The notes under the pieces were generated by a model. That model was not told where the DNA came from. It was given only the letters and a program-made list of their open reading frames with translations, and searched no databases. Positions 39,988 through 51,826 of a stretch of DNA of 64,000 nt are shown in pieces. A program made the position numbers and the translations under genes. Source of the DNA: Balanoglossus misakiensis. Lineage: Eukaryota; Animalia; Hemichordata. The DNA is taken from NCBI GenBank assembly GCA_040954595.2, contig JBECUI020000028.1:124001-188000 (forward strand), written 5' to 3'. Each line of letters begins with the position of its first letter. The stretch's first letter is position 1.

Positions 39988-42203
39988 GAAATTTCCGACT
40001 TTTCGAGTACACATCGTGATGGCGAAGGGTTCAGGAAGGCTAACCTTTTACCTGAAGGTGTCAACTGATGTTGGTTCGAGACCACTTTTTTTTCTATTTT
40101 TTTTTTTTGAGAACTTTAAACGACATTACCATTGTAATTTTTAACATTTTCATAAATCCAATTCATTTCAATATCTACGCTGCGTGTTTTATCTGTCGGG
40201 TATAAGAAACATGCAGGGAAACTTGGTCATTTTTTGTCGCGGTTCACTTGGGCATGTCTGAATACGGAGTGCTCAGCAGAGAGAAAGATAAACTAGCTAA
40301 AACCGTGTCTTTCCGTCCGCATGACCAACCAAGGAGCGAAAACGTCGTTATTTAGGCCGTAATAAAACGTTTTTGTCCCCGAGGAGTGAATAAAGAACGG
40401 TCAGACCGTTGCGGGGTAGGGAACTCTTCTTCGCACCGCTGCGGTGCAGGGAACTCGTATTGCCCGCTGCAGTGCAAATAAGATCATTGGAGTTATGCTG
40501 CAATATAGTGCGGAAAAATTCCGACTTTTTCGAGTACACATCGTGATGGCGAAGGGTTGAGGAAGGCTAGCCTTTTTACCTGAACGAGTCAACTGATGTT
40601 GGTTCGAGACCACTTTTTTTTCTATTTATTGTTGAGAGAACTTTTAACGACATTGCAGTTGTAATTTTTATCATTTTCATAAATCCAATTCATTTCAATA
40701 TCTACGCTGCGCTGCAATATCTGTCGGGTATAAGAAACAAGCAGGGAAACTTGGTCATTTTTTGTTGCGGTTCACTTGGGCAAGTCTGAATACGGAGTAC
40801 TCAGTAGAGAGAAAAATAAACTCGCTAAAACCGTGTCTTTCCGTCCGCATGACCAACCAAGGAGCGAAAAAGTCGTTATTTAGGCCGTAATAAAACGTTT
40901 TTGTCCCCGAGGAGTGAATAAAGAACGGTCAGATCGTTGCGGGGTAGGGAACTCTTCTTCGCACCGCTGCGGTGCAGGTAACTCGTATTTGCACCGCTGC
41001 GGTGCAAATAAGATCATTGGAGTTATGCTGCAATATAGTGCGGAAAATTTCCGACTTTTTCGAGTACACATCGTGATGTTGAATAGTTCAGGAAGGCTAG
41101 CCTTTTACCTGAAGGTGTCAACTGATGTTGGTTCGAGACCACATTTTTTTCTATTTCTTTTTTTGTGTGAAAATTTTTAACGACATTATCAGTGTAATTT
41201 ACGTCATTTTCATAAAGCCAATTCATTGCAATATCAACGCTGCGTTTTTTATCTGTCGGGTATAAGAAACATGCAGGGAAACATGGTCATATTTTTGTCG
41301 TGGTTCACTTGGGCAAGTCTGAATACGGAGTGTTCTGGAGAGAGAAAGATAAACTCGCTAAAACCCTTTTTTTCCGTCCGCATGACCAACCAAGGAGCGA
41401 AAAAGTCGTTATTTAGGCCGTAATAAAACGTTTTTTCGCCGAGGAGTGAATAAAGAACGGTCAGATCGTTGCGGTGCAGAGAACTCTTATTTGCACCGCT
41501 GCGGTGCAAATAAGATCATTGGAGTTATGCTGCAATATAGTGCGGAAAATTTCCGACTTTTTCGAGTACACATCGTGATGGCGAATGGTTCAGGAAGGCT
41601 AGCCTTTTACCTGAAGGTGTCAACTGATGTCCGTTCGTGACCACTTTTTTTTCTATTTTTTTTTTGTGAGAACTTTTAACGACATTACCATTGTAATTTT
41701 TATCATTTTCATAAATCCAATTCATTTCAATATCTACGCTGCGTTTTTTATCTGTCGGGTACAAGAAACATGCAGGGAAACTTGGTCATTTTTTGTCGTG
41801 GTTCACTTGGGCAAGTCTGAATACGGAGTGCTCAGCAGAGAGAAAAATAAACTCGCTAAAACCGTGTCTTTCCGTCCGCATGACCAACCAAGGAGCGAAA
41901 AAGTCGTTATTTAGGCCGTAATAAAACATTTTTGTCGCCGAGGAGTGAATAAAGAACGGTCAGATCGTTGCGGGGTAGGAAACTCTTATTCGCACCGCTG
42001 CGGTGCAGGGAACTCGTATATGCATCGCTGCGGTGCAAATAAGATCATTGGAGTAATGCTGCAATATAGTGCGGAAAATTTCCGACTTTTTCGAGTACAC
42101 ATCGTGATGGCGAATGGTTTCAGGAAGGCTAGCCTTTTTACCTGAAGGTGTCAACTGATCTTGGTTCGAGACCACTTTTTTTCTATTTTTTGTGTGTGAG
42201 AAC
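39988..42203. repeat. Tandem array of about 500-530-bp units, about 4.2 copies, MITE-like
   Basis: GTTATTTAGGCCGTAATAAAAC with GGCC at 40355, 40883, 41416 and 41914 (periods 528, 533, 498); variable number of internal 24-bp subrepeats containing GCACCGCTGCGGTGC. Confidence 0.92.
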
Positions 42204-43003
42204 AACACACCCTACTCATGCTAAGTTGTTACCAATTCCAGTTTCAGGACCCTGGGACCGACTGGGTATGGATATTGTGGGACCCCTCCCTAGAACTTAT
42301 GATGGTCATAAATACATCTTAGTACTTACTCATTACTTTACTTCTTAGTACTTACTCATTACTTTACAAAGTTTTCATTAGCATATCCATTACGTAATGC
42401 ACGAGCTGAGACAGTTGCTAAGATCTTGTTTGATGAAGTAATTGCTACTTATGGAAGCCCCAGAGTTTTGCTGAGTAATGAGGGATCGATTTTTTTATCC
42501 CAGGTAGTTCACGAAACCTGCAAATATTTCAACATTCTGAGTAAAGTTTCTACCCCTTATCGTCCACAGACCAATGGCCTTACAGAACGTTTCAATGGTT
42601 GCCTAGTCGACATGCTGTCCATGTTTGTCGATAATAAACAGAAAGATTGGTATCGGTACCTAAGTTCAGTGCTTTTCGCGTATAGAGTTAGTCCTCAAGA
42701 GTCCAGTGGGTTCAGCCCGTATTATGTGTTATAAGGTCGGCATCCCACATTGCCCATGGATGTTGAATTCCAGCTAGTTGAGGGGAGGACAAGAAATATA
42801 GATACACACCTTAAACATTTAGCTGCTAAGAGGGAGATAGCTCATAAAATCGCCAAAGAGAATACAGATCGATATCAACAGAATATGAAGGACCGTTATG
42901 ATAAAAATATCCAACGGTCGCAAAATCTTAAAGTGGGGGATCCTGTATATTTATACACACCTCCTGTTAAACCAGCAGTTAATAAGAAATTCGTACATAA
43001 GTG
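42204..43003 (+). mobile_element. Duplicated Ty3/Gypsy integrase-core fragment
   Basis: PWDRLGMDIVGPLP, PYRPQTNGLTERFN and SGFSPY motifs; nearly identical to about 46850-47616, including the TAA stop after SPYYVL. Confidence 0.92.
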
Positions 43004-45383
43004 CAGTTGTTTTCAGCGTACTATGCAACACGTGTTACGCAATATTATGTGGCAATATGTGCTTTGTTATATTGATGATATTATTATATTAAGCAGCTCT
43101 TTTGAGGAGCATCTACAACACATTGATACCGTCCAAACCAGGTTACGTCAAGCTGGATTGAAATTAAAACCCAGCAAATGTCAATTTATGAGAAAGAGTG
43201 TTAAATTTTGGGGTCATGTTATCAGTAAGCAGTAGGACAAACCTCCAAATTTAGCGACTTGCGTATGCGCAACTAATTAGCTACTTAGTGTTTAGCTCCA
43301 ACGCGCATGTGCGATATGACGTGATTGCCGGAAGCTGAACAAAGGTCACGTCATCTGACCCAGGTTATGTTATGGAACATCACATGGCGGTCGACGGTCT
43401 ATCTTCTGTTGCGTGGATAATCGACCCAGTCTTTAATCCCGGGCAGGATAATGGAGCAACCATCAACGGTAATACATTTTCATGATAATTTGAATTGGTC
43501 GTAGTGTGTTTAGAACATGCATTGATTGTGTTTTTTGTATTATCTGGAAGAAATGGAGTGCCATCGAAATGAAATGCCAGTGTGTACATACACTGTGTTC
43601 GCGGAACTTTGACATGCGAACACCATACCGTCACTAGGAGCAACTTTTCACACGTTTCTAAGTCCGGTTGAATAGCATTACACACAGTTTTCGCCATAGT
43701 TATAGCCTGAAATACCTGGGTGTACGTTGATAAACAAAGCATGTGATCAGATAATTACCATGACCATGTCAGCATCGTCCAGTGAGCAAAGTTGTTTGTC
43801 CGCATCATCATATACTAGTATTTGAACATAATAACCTTGTTGACGCTGTTCACATATTTATATTTACACCTTATTATTTACTGCATGTGTGTCAAGCGCA
43901 TTAACAACGTCTTTACACTTTTCACCTTCAGTCAAATGAAAAGACACCAGACAGGAATAGTGAAGTGGGGAATAAGAAGACTTACGGCAAGAAGAAGTTA
44001 AAGATAGAATATTTAGTGAACAGCGACGCCGTCTAAATTATGCTAGCAAACACATTTACATGAGTAGAATCAATGATGGGGGAAGGGGGCTGATCAAAAA
44101 TGAATCAAGAGACCATATTTTTTATTAAAAGTTGAAATATTTATTCATGTTTATACACACTTATTTGTTTGTTTGTTGCCAGGTTTTAAGAAATAAAGAT
44201 TTAAATATATTCATTTCTGTACATCATGTGTTTGTGTAATTTATTGAGAACAATGGAATTCAGAAAGGGCTTCATAGTCTCTGTGTAATGTAAATAGCAA
44301 CTGAACCACACATTACTAACATGAAATGAAACTAGAAATGCAGTTGACAGAAGGCTACCATCATAGTACTGTTTTAAATCATAACATCTCACTTGAGGAG
44401 GTAACCAAAGTTGTTAATCACTCCAAACTTAGGAAAACTGTAGGAAGTGATAAATTACCATATCAGGTTTTCAAAAATCACGTTGATAACTTGGCCACTA
44501 GGACCACGTGTAGTTGGACCTGTTGGGGAAGAAAGAGGCACGGTTCAGAAAGCAACGTCACCTACCCGATCCTTTCAAAACATTGGAAAACAAGTTCAAT
44601 TGAAATAGGTACATGCATGTACCTATACCCGTACACGTGAAAACGCGCTTTGACAAATCTAGCACACCGGAAGTGAGCAAACCATTCGCAAAAACCGTCC
44701 TCCATTGTCCCCCATTAGATAATCTGCTGTTTGAAGACATTGTTTCATTCAACATGACTTAAACTAGGTATAGAAGGTTCAGATCGATGGTTTTTAAACT
44801 GGTACGTTCTATTGCTTGTTATGTCGATTCGAATCATGGCGGGCAAATGGTCACACGGACATCGATTTTCATGAAATTCGACTGAATTTTTTTACTTACC
44901 CTGTTTACACGACACCATGCTGGAAGGGAGGGTGTGACGTACAAGTTCAAACCGAAATTACCCGAAAGTCGATGTACATAACATCAAAAGCAGGCCGATA
45001 ACATCCAAGAGCGAACTTCGACAAATACTTCCGCATTTCCATGCCAGGGACGTCAGTATATGCAAATACAGGGTGTGAGCATGCGCAGACATATTGTAGG
45101 CAGTCGCTAAATTTGGAGGTTTGTCCTACTGGTAAGGATGGAATTGCGGCTGACAAGAGTAAAGTAACAGTTGTTAAAGAATATCCCCGTCCTCATACTG
45201 TCACACAGTTGAAATAATTTTTGGGTTGGCCCAATTATTTTAGAAAGTTTATAAAGAATTTCTCGATCATTGCTAGGCCTATACATAAATTGTTGGGAAA
45301 GGACACGAAATTTGAATGAGATGATAGATGCGAACATGCATTCGAGAAATTAAAACATGTTCTGTGTCAAGCACCAATTCTAG
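43004..45383 (+). mobile_element. Gypsy RT C-terminal fragment split by a TIR element
   Basis: SCFQRTM...CYIDDIII...LKPSKC...GHVISK (43004-43229) continues as DGIAADKSKV...FLGWPNYFRKFIKNFS...QAPIL (45137-45383). Confidence 0.9.
43230..45131. mobile_element. Unclassified 1.9-kb non-autonomous DNA transposon with 30-bp TIRs and 5-bp TSD
   Basis: Perfect TIRs CAGTAGGACAAACCTCCAAATTTAGCGACT / AGTCGCTAAATTTGGAGGTTTGTCCTACTG; GTAAG at 43225-43229 and 45132-45136; removal restores the RT frame. Contains a short LINE-like scrap near 44330-44490. Confidence 0.9.
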
Positions 45384-46468
45384 GGTATCATTTTCATAAT
45401 TTGTGGTTTCTGGGACACCGTTTTCTTCACACGACTCATCAGATGAGGATGAGTCAAAGTCGGAGTGGTGCAAATAAGCTCTTTTTAGTCTATTCACATG
45501 TATGACTTTGCGATAATTCCTGGTGCTATATATGAAACGTAACTTGTAATTAACAGGACCCACCTTCACAGAAATAATGTAAGGACCTGTCCATGGGACT
45601 ATTTCGCAACCCCTGGGCAAGTCTCCTGTATTGATATAAACCTTGATGTGTGACAAAGGCTGTTTTTGGTGTACTCTCTTCATCTAATTCCAATTGAAAA
45701 AATCCTGACTGTAAGTCTAGCGTCGAAAAATACTGAGGCTTATTCTTGCCTAACATTTCAAGATATTCGTCCGTTCTGGGTAAGGGAAACGAATCAGGCA
45801 CTGTAATATTTTTTAAATGACGGAAATCTGTGCAAAAACGCCACGAACCATCAGGCTTTTTGACTAAAATTATTGGACTAGCAATCGGTGAAGTAGACGA
45901 CTCGATAATATTTAGTTCTAACAGCTGATCAACTTGTCGCTCAAGTTCACGTCTTTTCTCAAGCGTTACTCGGTAAGGTCGACGGAACGGGGCAGCGCCC
46001 TCTTGTAATCGTATTCTATGTTTGATTACATCACAGTTACCTAAACGACCACTAGACTCAACAAAAGCTTCTATATTGTGCAGTAAAACATCTCTAAGCT
46101 GTTTACGCTGAGCCTTAGTTATCTCTAATTCATTAAGCTTCAATTGACCCATCAAATAATCCGTGTAATTCTGTGTATGGGGCCCTTCAGGTGAGACACA
46201 ATTAATGGCATTATTATCGAGTGGGATTATTCGACTATTACAGGGCAAGGGCGAAAACTTTCCAACAACACTGTTTTTCTTAATTTTGACCACTGTATCC
46301 AAAGTGTTTACAACTCGCATGGGAAGAAAATTCTTATTCGAATAGGCCAACACCTTAGCTGCCAAAATAGCCGGCGTTAATCGTGTTCGTTTATCAGAAA
46401 TAAAATCTAAAACTCCAGTAAAATATTTATACGGCACTTTCACTGGAATAACCATTTCACTTCCAGGT
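45384..46468 (-). mobile_element. Inverted Gypsy fragments: RT N-terminal half and integrase C-terminal (GPY/F) piece
   Basis: ORF 45550-46455 with SPIILVKKPDGSWRFCTDFR, LDLQSGFFQ, KTAFVT and GLRNSP; 45384-45593 reads WTGPYII...IHVNRLK. Confidence 0.9.
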
Positions 46469-46635
46469 GATCCATGGAGACACGTACCTGATCCACGTTC
46501 ATTTATTATCCATAATTATTATAGTACATCAAATACGCCCAGTAAAGTACATGAGGAAGGGAACGAACTCAGTAGCCTGAGGTACTCCCATCTCCCGTTA
46601 GATTATTCTCTTCCATCTTTGGAAACAAGGGGAAA
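46468..46635 (-). mobile_element. Inverted partial LTR, diverged
   Basis: Reverse complement of about 48975-49138 (GAATAATCTAACGGGAGATG...TACCTCAGGCTACTGAG...AATAAATGAACGTG...ACGTGTCTCC). Confidence 0.8.
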
Positions 46636-46664
46636 TCAGCTGGTTAATTAGATTGTGTTAGACA

Positions 46665-49173
46665 GGTTGTGATAACTAAGTCCTCAAGAAATTATGTGCT
46701 GCGGTGGGCTCATGATTGTGTTTTAGCGGGACATTTAGGATACACTAAAACGTTGGGAGTTTTAAGACAGAGGTATTTTTGGGAAAGGATGCCCCGGGAT
46801 GTTGACATGTACGTAAAGACATGCGCACATTGTCACACACGAAAGAGAGCCACACCCCCTACTCATGCTAAGTTGTTACCTATTCCAGTATCAGGACCCT
46901 GGGACCGACTGGGTATGGATATTGTGGGACCCCTCCCTAGAACTTATGATGGCCATAAATACATCTTAGTACTTTTTCATTACTTTACTAAGTTTCCAGT
47001 AGCATATCCATTACGTAATGCACGAGCTGACAGTTGCTAAGATCTTGTTTGATGAAGTAATTGCTACTTATGGAAGCCCCAGAGTTTTGCTGAGTAATGA
47101 GGGATCGAATTTTTTTATCCCAGGTAGTTCACGAAACTTGCAAATATTTCAACATCCAGAGTAAAGTTTCTACCCCTTATCGTCCACAGACCAATGGCCT
47201 TACAGAACGTTTCAATGGTTGCCTAGTCGACATGCTGTCCATGTTTGTTGATAGTAAACAGAAAGATTGGGATCGGTACCTAAGTTCAGTGCTTTTCGCG
47301 TATAGAGTTAGTCCTCAAGAGTCCAGTGGGTTCAGCCCGTATTATGTGTTATAAGGTCGGCATCCCACATTGCCCATGGATGTTGAATTCCAGCCAGTTG
47401 AGGGGAGGACAAGAAATATAGATACACACCTTAAACATTTAGCTGCTAAGAGGGAGATAGCTCATAAAATCGCCAAAGAGAATATAGGTCGACAGAATAT
47501 GAAGGACCGTTATGATCAAAATATCCAACGGTCACAAAATCTTAAAGTGGGGGATCCTGTATATTTATACACACCTGATGTTAAACCAGGAGTTAATAAG
47601 AAATTCGTACATAAGTGGACAGGTCCTAACATTATTTCTGAGAAGGCGGGTCCTGTTAATTACAAGTTACGTTTCATCAATAGCACCAGGAATTATCGTA
47701 AAGGCATACATGTGAATAGGCTAAAAAGAGCTTATTTGCGCCCCTCAGAGTTTGACTCATCCTCACCAGATACCAAAAATTATGAAAATGGGACCGAAAT
47801 ATGTCAAAGTCCTAAAGCAGACATAAATGAATCAGAGAATGGTTCTGATCAAATTGAGGGATTGGAATTGAGAGATTTGTCGTCAAGGACAAATCCCAGT
47901 GCTATCGATGAAACTAATAACAATTGAAATTGTCAGAACAAAGCTTCTGAGCCATTTACGAAATAGAAAATGTGTTGAAGGGTCGACATAGAAATGGGAA
48001 ATTACAGTATTTGGTTAAGTGGAAGAATAATTCAACCAAACATAATACGTGGGAGGATGAAGACAATTTGAATGAAATTGCAAAAGAGTATTTGATGAGA
48101 AATCCTGTAAAGATAAAGGGGAAACGGGTTATAGCACACTTGCACATTTAAATCTATGGACAGAGAAATATGCGCGTAACAAAAAAAACACGGAAAATGG
48201 AGACACGTGGTTGACTGAAATGAGAGTTTGAACACGACTGAGAGGTATGAGTGTTGGCCAGTCTGTATGAGTGAGAATACGATTGGCGTGTCCCTTGATT
48301 CGTTTAAATGTTACGCAAGTTGTCAAATGACATTTTTTATCCGTTGTTTGCTGAGTTTAGTTGTATGTGCTATGCAACCTGGTTCCCGTGTCACTCTGTT
48401 TAAATGTGTTGATGTATTTAAGTTATAAAGAAATTACCAGTGAAGTTTGAAGTTGCAGAGATTTTAACACTGGAGAAAAATGTTTGAGTTGAATTTTTCG
48501 TTCGTTTGATGACCTAAATAGTTGGCCCAGTTTGTGTAAATAGTCCCTTGTAATGGCTATGTGTTTGTATAAAGAAACCACAGAGATAACCGATTTAGCA
48601 AGTTGTATTTTATTGCATTATCTTCTTAATTAAGAAACTTGTGTCCAATGCGGGACGCATTGCTTTAAAACAAGGGGAGTGTTATGATCTGTACAAAGGT
48701 CAAATATGATTTTAAGGGTCAATTATACTTAAAGCTCGGGAATGTCAATGTTTGATAGTATTTTTATTTTATGTATTTGAAGTAGATAGGGGGAGCTGGT
48801 GTTTAATTGACTGCTCTGAGTGTCAATCATCATCGAACTGACTTTATTATATAACGCTCTATGTAATTTGGTACGTATATAGTTGAATTGATGCCTAATG
48901 AAATTGTAACACATTGTATTTGTGATATTTGACATGATTAACCACGCCTTGAGAAAAGTAATTATAAGAGAACTTTGTTTGCAAAGTTGGGGGAGGAGAA
49001 TAATCTAACGGGAGATGTATGTACCTCAGGCTACTGAGCTCGTTTCCTTCCTCACATACTTAACTGGACATATTTGATGTACTGGAGTAATTCTCGACAA
49101 TAAATGAACGTGAATCAGATACGTGTCTCCGTGGATCACTGTTCTCGTCACAGGCCGTTACCTCATCGCTACA
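46665..49173 (+). mobile_element. 3' half of a chromodomain-containing Ty3/Gypsy LTR retrotransposon
   Basis: Integrase HHCC finger (AHD..GHLG..CAHC), frameshifted core, GPY/F motif, chromodomain 47954-48130 (IYEIENVL...YLVKWKN...NTWEDEDNL), polypurine tract AAGGGGAG before 48680, then the LTR. Confidence 0.9.
48680..49173 (+). repeat. 3' LTR, about 494 bp
   Basis: Starts TGTTATG immediately after the PPT; ends TCGCTACA; AATAAA near 49099; partial inverted copy at 46468-46635. Confidence 0.75.
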
Positions 49174-50175
49174 ATGTCCCTGATGTATGAACTACAATAA
49201 TATTCCAGCGGTAGTACGACTCTGAAAAGTATGCACTACTGATCTTACTTGACCTCTCCGCCGCATTCGATTCCATTGATCACGGGATACTTATTCGTAG
49301 ACTATCGAACCTTGGCATTACAGACACAGTATTAACATGGTTTAACATCTTACATTCAAAATAGATACCAAACTGTAATCATCGAAAACACTGCAAGTTC
49401 ACATTCACCTATCGTATTGGGCCTACGCGGCTCTGTCCTTGGCCCTCTGTTCTTCGCCATTTATATAGCCCCACTTTGTAAACTGAATCGTCACCACAAC
49501 CACAATTTCATCAGTACGCCGATGATAAACTACTATACCTTGCTTTTTCTCCGCAAGATCCACCCTCTATCGTCCAATCTCTGGAGATCTGCATCGAAGG
49601 CATGGATGACACTGAATAAACTACAGCTAAACAAAACCGAAGTCGTTGATATTCGCTCATCTTCTTGATCCTATTCCATCCTCCAACATGGGCTCTGCAT
49701 CCATCTCTCTGGTAACAGCAACGTGTAATCTGGGAGCTGTCTTTGATAGTATCCATATTTATAACCAGCCCATCAAGAATACATGTATGTCCACGTTTTT
49801 TTTATCGTCGACACATCGGATCAATACGAAAGTACCTATCTTCTAAGGATTGAATTCGTGTAGTTCTTTCCACCAAACTTGAATACTTCAATTCGTTACT
49901 GTTTGGTCTTCCTCAATCTGCAGTAAATCTACTTCAGTGATTACAAAACACAGCAGCAAATATCATCACCCGGTCGAAGAAGTTTGAACACATCACTCTT
50001 GCCCTCATCACTCTGGATTGGCTACCAGTTTGTGCCAGGATTGATTACAAGATATTGCTTCTTAAATACAATGCCATTCATGGCCTTACCCTGGAGTACA
50101 TCAATGCCATTCATGGCCTTACCCTGGAGTACATTTCTAACATGGTTAATCGATTTACCCCTTCACACAACTTAT
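49174..50175 (+). mobile_element. Decayed L2-clade LINE RT fragment
   Basis: [41 protein letters not shown] and HITL...LDWLP pieces across frames. Confidence 0.8.
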
Positions 50176-51610
50176 AGTGTCTGTGTTATGCCCTTACACA
50201 CAACACGCATAATCACTCTTTTGTGGTGCAGTTGAAGTTTGTTGCCGTCTAGAATCTCATATGAGGTAATATGCTTTAATATTTTCAAGCAAAAGTGCAG
50301 GGTGGCCGTGTAATCCAAATCCAGCCCAGTCGACTTTTTTTCGCCTTTCCGAACTTCAAGTTAGAATCGCTCGGTGATTATTTCCCGCCAAATATGCTAA
50401 TTTTCACCTGAGAGGTCTTATATCCGCAACCAAATACCCTCGCTAGCCGTTTATAACCTCTAAACGATGCCCAAACCATACCATACCATATTACCGTGTT
50501 TCATGTATAGTCAACTTTCCAGAAGATTGTTTTGACAGCGGAAGATAATTAGGGGTTATTACACTAAATTTGGTCGATAACGCGTCGTATTCGAGTGATG
50601 TCCGTTGCTTTGCACGATATACGGACATCACTCGCGTTATCGACCAAAATTCGTGTAATAACCCCTTTATCATACATGCCTACCTATAAAACAATACAAT
50701 TTGCGAAAATGCGTCGAGAAAAACAATTTCACGGCCAGCAATTTGAACCGGGCGCCCTTGGATCACGGAAGGCACCCATAGCCAAGTGAGACAGGGCGAT
50801 GCGATCAGGTGATCAACGTGTAGGCCGTAGTATTATTCTCAGGGGGCTGGCAGCTTTCATTACGATGGGCACATCTGCATTCTAAATACAATTGCCTACG
50901 TTCTCTTTCAAAATATCATGTTAACGATTATTTCGCATTGAGAATTCCGAAGAAGTAAATGTGATACATTCAACATGACAAAAAACTCCAGCTTTGAAAA
51001 CTTTATTACAGCTTCTAATAACCCAATTTTACAACATCCCTCTCCACTAAAGTCCTATGCCCCGTACGTCGCTCGCGCGCGCAGCGAACTATCACGCCGA
51101 TCACCTAGTCAACGCTGTGTGATGATTTCAGCGCATTCTCCTAAATAGTTCAAGACGGGGTATATCACTGAGTGAAATACCTACCGTATAATACAGTCGC
51201 ATCGATGACCCATATTAGGAGTTGCTTATTAGCATAAAAATTACGCCGTCAAACCTCAAGTGACATTTGGCTTATGCTCTTGGACAAAGTTTCATGTACT
51301 TCGTCATGATGAGTCAGGAGTTTTTAAACCGTTATTTTCGATCAAGGTAGGGAATAATTGGTATTTGTGTATGGATTAATTATTGATCTAGAAGCATCGG
51401 GGGAATAGGCCAGATAACCTGACAGTAAAACGGTGAAATCAAATGAAAATTCTGCAACTTGAACCGCCGGTGATGTTTACGTCGAAGCGCTTTATATTGT
51501 GGTAGGTTTACAAATTATATCCCGGACATCTGTCATATACACATGGTGTTATTTATGTTATACAGTTTCTTCAGTCACCGAGTATAGTTAATTTGTCTTA
51601 ACTCATATTT

Positions 51611-51826
51611 CAGTGTTTCATTTAGGATGGCATCAACAGGGGGGATACGTCCCCCATTGCCAGAATATTTAGGGGGGTTTCCACTCTCCAAGGCAGACTG
51701 TAATATCTCCAACATGTACACAGCATCATTTTAAGGGGCATTGCCCCCCCCCCCATGACAAGTTCCTAAGGGGTGCTATCATGTCAACAAGGGGGTGAAT
51801 CCCCCCTCCCCCTAGATGAAACACTG
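51611..51826. mobile_element. Small hAT-like MITE
   Basis: CAGTGTTTCATTTAGG ... CCTAGATGAAACACTG termini with G/C-run interior; TSD not clear. Confidence 0.55.

Noticed and set aside
40348-42208. Many short ORFs in the approximately 500-530-bp array
   Set aside because: Frames differ between units and there are no protein motifs.
50180-51600. CpG-rich region as the missing end of the Academ-like element
   Set aside because: No matching inverted repeat or TSD found on the other side.
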